This document shows positions 13,301-25,406 of a DNA stretch of 64,000 nt, piece by piece. Positions within the stretch are counted from its first letter, which is position 1, and the number at the start of each line of letters is the position of its first letter. Origin of the DNA: Hypanus sabinus (lineage: Eukaryota); the NCBI RefSeq assembly GCF_030144855.1, contig NC_082710.1, positions 164,114,001 through 164,178,000 on the forward strand. The letters are read 5' to 3'. The notes beneath the pieces are model-generated. The model was not told the DNA's origin, ran no database searches, and was given only the letters and a program-made list of their open reading frames with translations. The position numbers and the translations under genes are program-made.

Positions 13301-14540
13301 TGCACAATGTTTCATTTATCTGGTTTTGTACATGGGCTGAACAACACCTTTCTCTACAACCACTCCATGATCTGTTTGGGCACTCTGGTTCACATCCCCC
13401 TGTGACTCGAGTTTAAACTCCACCACCACTCAACACCCTCCCCCTCCCCACCTGTGCAACACTAGTAACCATTCCCACTAGGATATTAGTCCCCCAGTTC
13501 GGGTATAAACCATACCTTCTGTACAAGTCTCAATTTCCAGAAAGAAAGCACAATGATCAAAAAATCTGAAACCCTCCATCCTGCACCATCTCCTCAGCCA
13601 CATGTTAAACTGTGTGATCTTCCTATTTCTGGCCTCACTAGCACATGGTCTGGGTAGCAATCCTGAGATCACAGCCCTGGAGATCCTGCCCTTTAACTGG
13701 GCACCTAATTCCCTGAACTCACTTTGCTAGATCTCGTCACCCTCCTACCCATGTCATTGGTACTGACGTAGGCCACGACCTCCGGCCACTCACCCACCCA
13801 CTTAACAATACTGTGGACTTCATCTGAGATGTCCCTGATCCTGGCACCCAGGAGGCAACATATCATCTGGGATCTCACTCTCAGCCACAGAAGCTCCTTT
13901 CTGTTACCCTCATCAATATGAATCCCCTGTCACTGTCGCTTGCCTTTTCTCCCTCTTCCCTCCTGAGGCACAGAGCCAGACTCAGTACCAGATACCCGAC
14001 TGCTGTGGCTTCCCTCTGCTAGGTGATACCCCACCTCAACAGTATCGAACACATCCTACCTGCTGTTGAGGGGAAAGGCCACAGGGGTACTCTGCACTGG
14101 CTGCCTCTCACCTTCTCCACATGAGAGTCACCCATTTACCCGTGTCCTGCACAGTGTGTGGAACTACCTGACTGTGTGTGCTGTCTATCAAATGGTCTCA
14201 GCCTCCTGAATGATCCAGAGTTCATCCAGTTCCAGCTCCAACTCCTTCACACAGTCTATTAGAAGCTGCAGCTGGATGCACTTCTTGTAGGTTTTGTCGT
14301 CAGGGACACTGAAGGTCTCCCTGCCTTCCCACATCCTGCAAGAAGAGCATTCCACTGCCCTGTCTGGCACCCCCACTGCTCCAAATCTTCAAAAAGACAG
14401 AATGAAAGAATAAATGGCAAAGAAAAATCTCCCTACGGACTAATCCTCCCCTAAGCCTCGATGAGCCAAAGCCTCAAATTCCACTCTAACACTGGCCCAC
14501 TCACACAATGGCCACTCTGCTGAAACCTAACTTCCAATCA
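10355..14540 (-). mobile_element. Near-full-length CR1 LINE (ORF1 Zn-finger/leucine zipper/esterase, ORF2 EN-RT), degenerate
   Basis: ORF1 ECSSCRMWE...CIQLQLL and VISGLLP...WCR.EGFRF. ORF2 YFNVRSIV...HGRSCLTNL...PQGSVLGP...YADD. Tail (tatggttta)n at ~10360. Confidence 0.9.
12585..12692. repeat. Three tandem copies of a 36-bp unit inside CR1
   Basis: gaccacatcaatccatttccataattaccataaa(ac/gt) occurs three times. Confidence 0.9.
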
Positions 14541-14559
14541 GATTTTCCCAAACTCCCTG

Positions 14560-16140
14560 GATATTTAAATCCCCCATGATTATCAAAATATTGCCCTTTT
14601 TACATGCATTTTCTATATCCCTCTGTAATTTGCAGCCCCCATTCTGGCTACTGTTTGGAGGCCTGTATATAATTCCCATCAGGATCTTTTTAACCCTTGT
14701 AGTTCCTTAACTCTACCCACAAGGTTTCTACATCTTCTGATGTCGATCTCTTTCCAAGGATTTAATTGAATATTTACCAATAGAGCCACCCCAACCCCTC
14801 TGCCTACCTGCCTATCTTTTCCACACAATGTCTACACTTGGATATTAAGCTCCCAACTCTAATCTTCTTTCAGCCACAACTCAGATGCCCACAACATCAT
14901 ACCTGCCAATCTCCAACTGAGCCACAGGATCAACTCCCTTAATCCATCTACTGTGTACATTGAAATCTAACACCTTCATCTCCCTTTCCGTTTCTGGCCC
15001 CCTGTTACAATTTAACTCATCCCACTGACTGCAATTTTGCCCTATCGTGTGTCTGTCTGTCCTCACAGCCTCACTGCACACTGCAACTAGTTGTATACCA
15101 ACAGCCCATCCTCAGCCCTATCACTGCGGTTCCCGTCCCGCTGCCAAATTACTTTAAACCCTCCCCAACTCTAGCAAACATGCCTGCAAGAATATTGGAC
15201 CCTCAGGTTCAGGTGTAACCTGTCCTTTTGTACAGGTGGTTCCTTCCCCAGAAGAGATCCCAGTGATCCAGAAATCTGAAACCCTGCCCCCTGCACCAAT
15301 TCCTCAGCCAGATCATCCTATTCTTACCCTGACTGGCACGTGGTACAGGGGATAATCCAGTGATTACTACCCTGATGGTCCAGCTTTTCAGCTGACTGTC
15401 TAACTCCCTAGATTCTCTCTTCAGGAGCTCCTCCCTTTTCCTACCTATGTCGTTGGTACCAATATGTGCCACATCTTACAGCTCCCCTTTAGAATGCCGT
15501 GGACTCGATCCAAGACAACTCTAACCCTGGGATCTGGGAGGCAACAGACCATCTGGGTTTCTCTTTCACGTCCACAGAATCTGCTTTCTGATCCTCTAAT
15601 CATGGAATCCCCTGTCATTACGGACTCCTCTTCTCCTCATTCCCTTCAAAGCTGCAGAGCCAGACTCAGTGCCAGAGACCCAGCCGCTGCTCAACAGTAT
15701 CCAAAGTGTTATACTTATTATTGTGGGAAATGGCCACAGGGGTACTCTGCACTGGCTGCCTATTTCCTTTCCCTCTCCTGACAGTCACCCAGGTACCTGC
15801 ATCCTACACCTGAGGGGTGACTATCTCCCTGCATCTCCTGTCTGTCACCTCCTCATTCTCCCCTATGAGCTGAAGGTCATCCAGCTGCAGCTCCAGTTCT
15901 TTAACACAGTCTCTGAGGAGATGTAACTCGGTGCACAGTGAGACTGCAGGTCTCCCAGAGTTCCCACATCTCGACAAGTAACACACACCAACTCCGGACC
16001 CACTCTCAGCACTTTCTTGCTTACTTACTTAGAACTTCCAAATATGCTTGCCCAGGGCTGTTGAGCCAAATCTGGACCACTAACGCTGGTCCACTCCGAC
16101 AATGGCCACTGTGCTTACACCTCCTTTCTTTTTACTGATC
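14560..16140 (-). mobile_element. 5' portion of a CR1 LINE (ORF1 esterase + endonuclease start)
   Basis: HIGTNDIGRK...VVITGLSPVP...WCRGQGFRFLDHWDLF, and GRYDVVGI at the endonuclease start. Confidence 0.8.
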
Positions 16141-16199
16141 CAGAGCTGATTTCAGCCAGCAGAAAGAAAACTGACTCCCCTGAGCTCTTTTGGAACTTT

Positions 16200-16940
16200 G
16201 TGCTTCATCACAAACAGATGCAACAGAGGTGAAGAAATGGAGAAAAGGGAATAACATTTTTACAAGAGACAGGGAAGAGGCTAGTCAACATAATCATAGA
16301 AATCAGGGGTTTATAAAAGATGCTGGTTGACAGAGATGGAGACAGGGAGATCGAGAAAGGGGAGGGAGATGTCAGAGATGGAACAACTGAATTTAAGGAA
16401 GTTAGAGACAAAGTTGATAAAATTGACGAGCTCAGCATGGATGCATGAAGTAGCCTATCAATGAGGTGATAGGCAGATGGAAGAGGAGGCAGAGTGAAAC
16501 TGGGATGGGGAAAGGGGGAGGGAGGGAATTACCGGGAGTTGGAGAATTCGATGTTCATACCAAGGGGCTGGAGACTACCCAGACGGTATCCTCCTCCAGC
16601 TGCCTATCACCTCCCTCATGGTTCTGCCGTCTTCTACTACCTACAGTGCTTTCCTCTTACATTCCTTCTTCACCTTTCCAGCCTATCCACTCCCTGCTTC
16701 CCCTCCCCCCACCCTTTGACCTTTGCCCTTACTGGTTTTTCACCTGGCATCTACCAGCCTTCTCCTTCCCACCCTCCCCCCACCTTCTCTAGAGGGCCCC
16801 TGCCCCCTCCCTCTTCAGTCCTGACGAAGGGTCTCGGCCCGAAACGTTGACTGTTTGTTTCCACGGATGCTGCCCGACCTGCTGAGTTCCTCCAGCGTGT
16901 TGTACGTGTTGCTTTGACCCCAGAATCTGCAGAGTATTTT
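16200..16940. mobile_element. Penelope-like element (PLE) terminus with inverted segment
   Basis: Minus-strand RLGSLQPLGMNIEFS (PLE ORF end, ~16550-16586) is joined to a plus-strand pseudo-LTR ending ...gatgctgcccgacctgctgagttcctccagc. Confidence 0.75.
16816..16853 (+). ncRNA. Minimal type I hammerhead ribozyme motif (PLE-associated)
   Basis: CAGTC-CTGACGA-A-GGGtctcggCCC-GAAAC-GTT-GACTG. Stem I is CAGTC/GACTG, the cores are CUGANGA and GAAA, stem II is GGG/CCC, and palindromic AACGTT replaces helix III. The cleavage triplet is GUH. Confidence 0.7.
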
Positions 16941-17786
16941 GTGATCACAGAGGAGAAGCAGTGAGAGAGGGTTTCACTGAACTCCCACTGAAGAGCAGAT
17001 TTAACACCGGAGCAATTCATCACAGTAACAATGCCGAATAATTTGTTATGTGACAAACAAAGTGAAGAGCAGGTTTAATATCACTGGCGTTTGTCATGAA
17101 ATTTTTGTTACACAGCAGCAGTACATTGCAATATATAATAATAAAATAACTACATGACAGTAACTATATACAGTCATTACAGTATATATAATTAAATTAA
17201 ACAAATAGTACTACAAAGAGCAAAAAATGTAGTGACATCGTGTTCATGGGATTAATGTCCATTCAGAAATCTGATGACAGAGGGGAAGAAGCTGTTCCTG
17301 AATCATTGAGTGTGTGCCTTCAGTTTCCTGTACCTTCTCCCTGATGGTAGCAATGAGAAGTGGACATGTCCTGGGTGATGCAGACAATAAGGAACAAGGT
17401 CATAGGTTAAGGGTGAAAGGTGAAATATTGAAATGGAACCTGAAAGGGAACTTCTTCACTCAGTGGGTGGTGTGAGCATGGGACGAGCTGCCAGCAGAAG
17501 TGGTGGATGAGGGTTTGACTGGAACGTTTAAGACAGGTTTGGATACGTACATGGATTGGAGGGGTATGGAGGGCAGTGTTCTAGGTGCAGGTCAATGGGA
17601 CTGGACAGAATACCAGTTCAGCACAGACTAGATGTGCTGGAGATCCTGGTTCTGTGGTGTAGTGCTCAATGATTCTATGACTCCCCAATTATCCTGAATC
17701 ACTAACTGCCCATGTCACTGTCACTAATTCAGTGTGTTGTGCACTCGTCGTTTTTGATGGTTTAAGAGCTGCTGTCATCCTGAACA

Positions 17787-18060
17787 GGGGCCAGCAGGTG
17801 GCGCAATGGCATCAGCACCGGACTCTGGAGCGAAGGCTCCCGAGTTCGAATCCAAGTTGGGCCATCCCCCGAGCACGCTTTCCATCCGTGACGGTGAGCG
17901 TCGAGCCAGCCACTCGACCTCGGGAAAAAAAAGGGTCGAGTCAGGAACGTTCATATCGTGACCTGGTTAATCCGAAAGGAGACCAATCCTGACACCACAC
18001 ACCAGACAAGAACAGCTGACCGTCTGGTGCAACACGCTAATGAAAATCCTCAACAGAAAC
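17787..18060 (+). mobile_element. tRNA-derived SINE
   Basis: Pol III A box TGGCGCAATGG (17799-17809) and B box GTTCGAATCC (17844-17853), followed by a non-tRNA body. The 3' boundary is approximate. Confidence 0.65.
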
Positions 18061-18099
18061 ACTGAACCCCATTTTCCTCTCAACTTCCACCGTGGATGA

Positions 18100-19070
18100 T
18101 ACATAGAACATGGAACAGTACAGTACAGGAACAGGCCCTTCGGCCCACAATGTTGAGCTAAACCAATACAATTGTAATCAAATGACAAACTAAACTCATC
18201 TCCATACACTGTCCATATCCTTCCATTTTCCTCACATTCATGAGCCTATCGAAATGTCCCTTCAAAGTCTTTAATGTTTCTGCCTCTACCACCACCCCAG
18301 GCAGCCACCATTCTGTGTAAAAACCTGCCCTTTCATCTCCTTTGAAATGATCCCCTTGCACCATAAATGCATGCCTTCTGATATTAGACATTCCTACCCT
18401 GGGGAACATATGCTCTCTGTTTACGCTAGCTATGCCTCTGATATTCTTATAAACTCTAACAGATTTCCCCTCGGCCTCCATTGCTCCAGAGAAAACAACC
18501 CAAGTTTAACCAGCCGCTCATTACAGCAGATGCCCTCTAATCCAGACAGCGTCCTGGTAAACCTCCTCTGTACCGTCTCCAAAGCCTGGACTTCCTTCCT
18601 ATAGAACTATTTGCATTACTCCAGATGCGACCCAACTAGAGTTTTATAAAGCTGCAACATAACTTCCTGACCTTTGAACTCAATGCCTCGACTAATAAAG
18701 GCAAGCATGCCGAACACCTTCTTAACCACCCACCAACCTGTCGAGCCGTTTTCAATGAGCTATGAACTTGGACTCCAAGATCCCTCTGCTCATCAAAAAT
18801 GTCAAGGATCTTGTCCTTAACAGTATACTGTCTCTTTACATTTGATCTACCAAGGTACAACACTTCACGTTTGGCTGGGTTTGATCTATGTCCTATTGTA
18901 ATCTCTGACAGTCTTCTATGCTACCTACAGCAGTACTAGTCTTCGTATCATCAGCAAACTTATTAACCCACCCACCTACACTTTCATCCCGGTCACTTAT
19001 CCACTTCGCAGATGTGTGGAACATATTAAAACGGGAATGTTTACCTGACTCTGAACATCTACCGTGTAGT
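18100..19070 (-). mobile_element. CR1 LINE 3' portion
   Basis: WVNKFADDTK, QRDLGVQVHSSLK, and a tail seen as acatagaacatggaacag at ~18100. Confidence 0.8.
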
Positions 19071-19650
19071 TTTGGTACAAACAATAACTTTGAAACATTT
19101 GTTACTTATATTATGGCATTTGTGTATTTCTACACTTTGTTTACCAACCAGTACATCCTGTGCCACCCTCAGGGGAATTCCTACCACGCCCCAGGTAGGA
19201 ATGTTTTGGAGAAAGTGAAATCAGACAAGGGAGATGATTCAATCCCTTTCCATTCTGGTGAAAGCAGTGGATCAACAGGTTTTCTTTCCCACAGGTAGGA
19301 CTGGTTAGATAAACTCCTGATTTTGTAAACATTTCTGTAGCATGCATCTAGTTTCACAAAGTTTTGGTTGAGTGTACTTTCAGCTGCTGTTTCTCTATCT
19401 CTGCCTCCCTTCAGGGTTTTCTGCTTTCTACTGTTCATGCATATTTTTTCAAAAGCTCAGCTTGTTGGACTGATTATGTTAAATATTTTATTTCTATCGT
19501 TCTTTTATCATTTTATTTTAACTCCAACTTTTCATCCCTGTTATCTGTCGTCCCTGACCAAGTACAGTAATGAGGATACTTCTGAAGAATGAATTGTGAA
19601 GGATATCTTTCCGATATTTCACTGATTACTGAATGCCATCTTGTCTAATA

Positions 19651-20045
19651 CACTCAGTGGCCATTTATCAGATAGACACGAAACCCGATCATTCATACAA
19701 ATTGTTGGTGCCAGATGGGATGGTTTGATTATCTCAGAAACTGCTGATCTCCCGTTTTCTCATGCACAACAGTCTCTGGAGTTTACAGAGAATGGTGTGA
19801 AAAACAAAAATACCCAGTGAGTGGCATTTCTGTGGGTTAATGAGAGAGGTCAGAGGAGAATGGCCAGACTGGTTTACACTGACGAGAATGCGACAGTAAC
19901 TCAAATAACCACTTGTGACAACAGCAGTATGCAGAAGAGCATCTCAGAAAGCACAACACATCAAACCTAGCGGTGGATTGGCGATATCAGCAGCAGAACA
20001 CAAACACACACTCAATGAGGTACCTTCAGAAGTAGCCACTGAGTG
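19651..20045 (+). mobile_element. Internally deleted Tc1/mariner DNA transposon
   Basis: TA followed by TIR cactcagtggcc at 19651 and the inverse gccactgagtg ending at 20045. The interior encodes a transposase N-terminus-like stretch (VGARW...ISETADL...TVS.VYREW). Confidence 0.8.
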
Positions 20046-20279
20046 TCTGCATCCGTCGAGTTCCCTCATTAGTGTGTTCACTCATTTTTAATCACCCAAC
20101 TACTTTTTTTTTTACAAGCCCACCCACAGACACTGGTTGTTGCCCACTCCACACTGTATCGCTGAATAAATAAAACAGCTTGAAAGTTAATATAAACTGA
20201 GCAAAGTAAAAATGATCTTTGAATTTTATCAGAATATTGACAATTCCATGTTCCCAGTCAGTTTATCCTCACCATGGAT

Positions 20280-20731
20280 GTGCAATCCATCTGCACTGGT
20301 GTCTCAGATCAGGAGGGTCTGATGATCAGATTCATCCTAACATTGAACACTTTCTCCTTCAGCTGCATTCCCCATATCAAAGGCCTCGTTATAGACACTC
20401 ACTTGGGCCAAAACATTCATCATCCTTCTGTGTAATGTTTGGAACATCAGTGTCTCACTCCCACAACACCTTCTCTGGTACATTGACAAATCTGTTTCCT
20501 GCACTTAGTCAACGCAGAAGTTCCACAGTTGCCAATTTCCACCTTCCCTTCATCTTCCCTTGGTGCATCTGTCTCTTCTCTTCCCTTCCTGGATCTCTCC
20601 ATCATAGTTCAGGGGATACACTGATCACCACTATCCATTACAAGCCAAGATTCTTACACCCATCTTATCTGTACTTCCCTCCCCACTTCTTGTTGTGAGT
20701 GACTCCATTCCATTCTCCCAGTTTCTCCAAG
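20280..20731 (+). mobile_element. Penelope-like element RT fragment (left part, split by the Gypsy insertion)
   Basis: Degenerate LTLNxFSF...KG.AMGT.MGP and NFH...LPFLDLS.....YKP motifs. It ends ...IPFSQFL at the Gypsy junction. Confidence 0.7.
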
Positions 20732-21618
20732 TGTTACGGTCCATCTCCGGCAACAATGAATATAGAACTGAAGACAGGTTTTTTACAAACAGGTAAAAAA
20801 TTTAGTAAACTCTGCACAATAAAAATGAGAGGTAAACAAACGGCTAACTTAACCAGAAGTCAACTGCTATATAGCAACTCCAACAGTTCTTACAGTGATA
20901 AATGCGAACACAGTTGTTAAAGTGGTAAATGTGGAAGTCGAAATGATTTATACAGTCAATTAGGAGAGACTTCCCTGAAGTAACGAATTCCTCGACGACG
21001 TGACGTTACTGCTGATCCCAGCCGAAATATGCCTTGCCCAAAAGACTCACGATGAAGGAAATTAGATTGGCTTAAAGTAACTGACCTTTTCCTTGGCAAA
21101 TAACACTGCCCCAACCCTTTCTGCTCTTACAAGGCACGGGTTATCTCGGATGCAGGTTACTATTTCCTTCAACAAAGATCCAATAAGGTTGATCCTGTAT
21201 TAAAACATCGACGACACCAACTTTACTCGATCCTTCAGGTTCCCGTACTTTGATAAATTCTTCACTCTCCAACTGAATTGCAAAGGTAGATCAAACCACA
21301 AAACTGGCAGCATTTGGTGAAACTGCTGGCAATAACCTTTGAGACTTAAGTTAGAAAGTAAAACTCTACTTTAAAACAAAACTGCGTCATGAAACCTAAT
21401 ATGCAGCCTAACAGGGTAACCGACGACTTAAACGAAGTCTCAACACAAAAACTCCTGTGTCACAGCAGGCTTTCTAGTTTTATACCCGTTGAGAACATGT
21501 CATCACGTGACTTCACACTGGCTGGAAAATTACATCATGTGACCTCACACTGGCGTGAAATTACATCACCCCACCATTTCAAGACCATTACATCATGCTC
21601 ACCAGATGCTCAATTACA
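20732..21618 (-). repeat. 3' LTR of the Gypsy element (U3 end truncated by ~45 bp)
   Basis: Aligns with 29558-~30440. About 18 differences in the first ~140 bp by hand count. Homology stops at caattaca (21618). Confidence 0.85.
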
Positions 21619-21762
21619 AATATTGATCTGTCAAGAGCAAAATTTTAACATTTACAAAAAAAATACAAATGTATAAAATCTATAATCTACAAAATATACA
21701 TAGTATTATCATACAGCACCTTACTAATTAATATATAGGAGTATTACAAATGTTGACATACT

Positions 21763-23425
21763 ATATAACCATATAACAATCACAGCACGGAAACAGGCCA
21801 TCTCGGCCCTCCTAGTCCGTGCCGAACTCTTAATCTCACCTAGTCCCACCTACCCGCACTCAGCCCATAACCCTCCACTCCTTTCCTGTCCATATACCTA
21901 TCCAATTTTACCTTAAATGACACAACTGAACTGGCCTCTACTACTTCTACAGGAAGCTCATTCCACACAGCTATCACTCTTTGAGTAAAGAAATACCCCC
22001 TCGTGTTTCCCTTAAACTTCTGCCCCCTAACTCTCAAATCATGTCCTCTCGTTTGAATCTCCCCTACTCTCAATGGAAACAGCCTATTCACGTCAACTCT
22101 ATCTATCCCTCTCAAAATTTTAAGTACCTCGATCAAGTCCCCCCTCAACCTTCTACGCTCCAATGAATAGAGAACTAACTTGTTCAACCTTTCTCTGTAA
22201 CTTAAGTGCTGAAACCCAGGTAACATCCTAGTAAATCGTCTCTGCACTCTCTCTAATTTATTGATATCTTTCCTATAATTCTGTGACCAGAACTGCACAC
22301 AATATTCTATATTTGGCCTTACCAATGCCTTGTACAATTTTAACATTACATCCCAACTTCTGTACTCGATGCTTTGATTTATAAAGGCCAGCATTCCAAA
22401 AGCCTTCTTCACCACCCTATCTACATGAGACTCCACCTTCAGGGAACTATGCACTGTTATTCTTAGATCTCTCTGTTCCTCTGCATTCCTCAATGCCCTA
22501 CCATTTACCCTGTATGTTCTAATTGGATTATTCCTGCCAAAATGTAGAACCTCACACTTCTCAGCATTAAACTCAATCTGCTATCTTTCAGCCCACTGTT
22601 CTAACTGGCCTAAATCTCCCTGCAAGCTTTGAAAATCCACCTCATTATCCACAACACCTCCTACCTTAGTATTATCGGCATACTTACTAATCCAATTTAC
22701 CACCCCATCAACCAGATCATTTATGTATATTACAAACAACATTGGGCCCAAAACAGATCCCTGAGGCACCCCGCTAGTCTCCGGCCTCCATCCCAATAAA
22801 CAATTATCCACCACTACTCTCTGGCATCTCCCATCTAGCCACTGTTGAATCCATTTTATTACTCCAGCATTAATACCTAACGACTGAACCTTCTTAACTA
22901 ACCTTCCATGTGGAACTTTGTCAAAGGCTTTGCTGAAGTCCATATAGACTACATCCACTGTCTTACCCTAGTCAACATTCCTCGTAACTTCTTCAAAAAA
23001 TTCAATAAGGTTTGTCAAACATGACCTTCCACGCACAAATCCATGCTGGCTACTCCTAATCAGATCCTGTCTATCCAGATAATTATTAATTCCATCTCTA
23101 AGAATACTTTCCATTAATTTACCCACCACTGATGTCAAACTGACAGGTCTATAATTGCTAGGCTTACTTCTGGAACCCTTTTTAAACAATGGAACCACAT
23201 GAGCAATACACCAATACTCCGGCACAATCCCCATTTCTAATGACATCTTAAAGATCTCCGTCAGAGCTCCTGCTATTTCTACACAAACTTCTCTCAAGGT
23301 CCTGGGGAATATCCCTGTCAGGACCCGGAGATTTATCCACTTTTAAATTTCTTAAAAGCGCCAGTACTTCCACCTCTTTAATTGTCATAGGTTCCATAAC
23401 TTCCATACTTGTTTCCCACACCTTA
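21763..23425 (-). mobile_element. 5'-truncated CR1 inserted in the Gypsy 3' region
   Basis: Largely intact RT blocks (HGFVRGRSCLTNL, DFSKAFDKVPH, YADNTK). 7-bp TSD ACATACT at 21756-21762 and 23426-23432. Confidence 0.9.
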
Positions 23426-23456
23426 ACATACTCCATAAAAAAATTATATTGTACAT

Positions 23457-25404
23457 TCAACATCTAGATAAACAGTCAGCAATCACATTATCTTTGCCTT
23501 TAATAAGAGTTATCAAATATTACACTCCTGTAACATCAAACCTTTGTTGCTAAATTGGCGTTTGATTTATTTCCTTAACCATTTTTCTTAACCAAGCCCG
23601 GACCTACAACATAACCAAGGTAAGTCACAGTGGCATGACCAAATTATCAGACTATCAGCTAAGTTAATAGTTAAGTTAGCTTTTGAAAGCCTTTCAAATA
23701 GCTTCTCTACTGCATTAACATGTGCTTCCCAAGTATCATTTCCTGTAACTAAATCGTCAATATAGGTATCTGCATCTTTAAACCCATGAATCACAGAATT
23801 AATCATCTGCTGGAAAGTACCTGGGGCATTCTTCATCCCAAATGGAAGAACATTATATTCATATAACCCAGATGGGATTACAAATGCAGAAATCTCTCTA
23901 CCTCTATCCGTCAATAGAACACACCAATACCCTTTCAATAAATCAATCTTTGTCCGAAAATGATTTTCTGACTTTATCCACACAATCATCCACTCTGGAG
24001 ATTGGACACGCATCTGTTTTCGTTACAGCGTTCACCTTCCTGTAGTCAGTACAAAACCGAATACTACCGTCTGACTTAGGCACCATAACACAAGGTCAAC
24101 TCCAATTCCAATTAGAAGGTCTAATAATATTATTTTCTAACATATACTTAATTTCTTTCAAGGATACAAATCCTTCAGTTATAAAATGATCATATCTCTC
24201 CTTAACTTGGTCAGACTCTGACAAAGCTTCATTTGTATTTATCGAACCCTGTGGCTTCACAAGTGTTTCAAAGTGTTGCACACAAGCATCTGGGACTGCT
24301 TCCTTCTCCTTCAATTGGAAACAGTTAGCTATTACGTGACCAAGTTTCTCACGATAATTACAAATGGGACCAAACTGTCTTTCCTTCACGTTTTCTTTCC
24401 TCCTTACCTTTCTCACTAACTTCTGATTTAATTTCTAGCTTACCTTGACTCTGTGCTATTTTTCCTTTTAAAAGTTCTACCCTGAGGAAATTTACTCTTA
24501 TGGATTATGGCATACTCATCAGCTAATTTAGCAGACTCCTGCAATGTAGCAGTGTCCCTCTCATTTACATATGCTCTTACTTCAATAGGGATGCTCCTTT
24601 TAAATCCCTCCATTAAAATCAACTCTTTCAATTTATTATACTCCCCATTCACATTTTTAGAGGAAACCCATCTCTCAAAACACACAGCTTTATCATAGGC
24701 AAATTCCACGTAAGCTTTTTTCCATAGATTTCTTCAAATTTCTGAATCTTTCTCTATAATCTTCTGGAACTAGTTCATACGCTTTCAGTATATGCTGCTT
24801 CACAATATCATAATCAAGTGCTTGCTCAGCAGTTAAAGCTGTATAAACTTGTTGTGCCTTGCCTTTAATTACACTCTGTAACATCACTGGCCATTTCTCT
24901 GTCGGCCACTCTGAAATCAGAGCAAGTTTCGAAATGTTGGAAATAATATCCTCTTCTGTTTCATTAAATGGAGGAGTTAATACAACTTATTGGCTAGCAA
25001 CAAACTGTTTCCTAGAAGCAGGGGACTGATTCTCGGACCTTAATTTCTCCATCGCTAGCTCGAACTCCCTCTTTCTCTCAGCTTCTTTGGCTTCAAGTTC
25101 CCTCTGATTATTTGCAGCTTCTAACCAACTTAGTTCCAAGTCAGCTTTACATTGTTCTAACTTCATTTGTTCGATTTGTAACTGAATCTCTAGTTTACTT
25201 ATTGGAAACATATCTAATATCGCTTCATCAAAAACACCCGAATATACAATCGGGTGACGCGATTTTTCTCTGAATTACAGGCTTTGTTGTAGCCTTCGAA
25301 ATACCTTTAAAGTCCAACCTACTAGCAATCTCAGATACATCATTCTTTTTCACCTTTGCTAATAACTCCAGGTTTGGCGATGCCAGAAAGTCGTCAATAT
25401 TCAT
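23457..25404 (-). pseudogene. Degenerate Gypsy gag-pol remnant (gag with SCAN-like capsid and CCHC, RT, RNase H end)
   Basis: ATG at 25404 (MNIDDFLASPN...), LKAYELVPEDYRERFR, KLKELILMEGFK, CNY..KLGHVIANC, RT DLLKGYW...LPFGMKNAP...YIDD, stop at 23459-23457. Confidence 0.85.
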
Positions 25405-25406
25405 TG

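Noticed and set aside
17795-17860. Possible tRNA gene
   Set aside because: A and B boxes are present but I could not build a full cloverleaf with an acceptor stem, and a SINE-like body follows.
19080-19620. Apparently unique stretch with several short ORFs, checked as a possible missing Ig, TM or cytoplasmic exon
   Set aside because: No Ig motifs, TM helix or convincing splice-site pair in any minus-strand frame.
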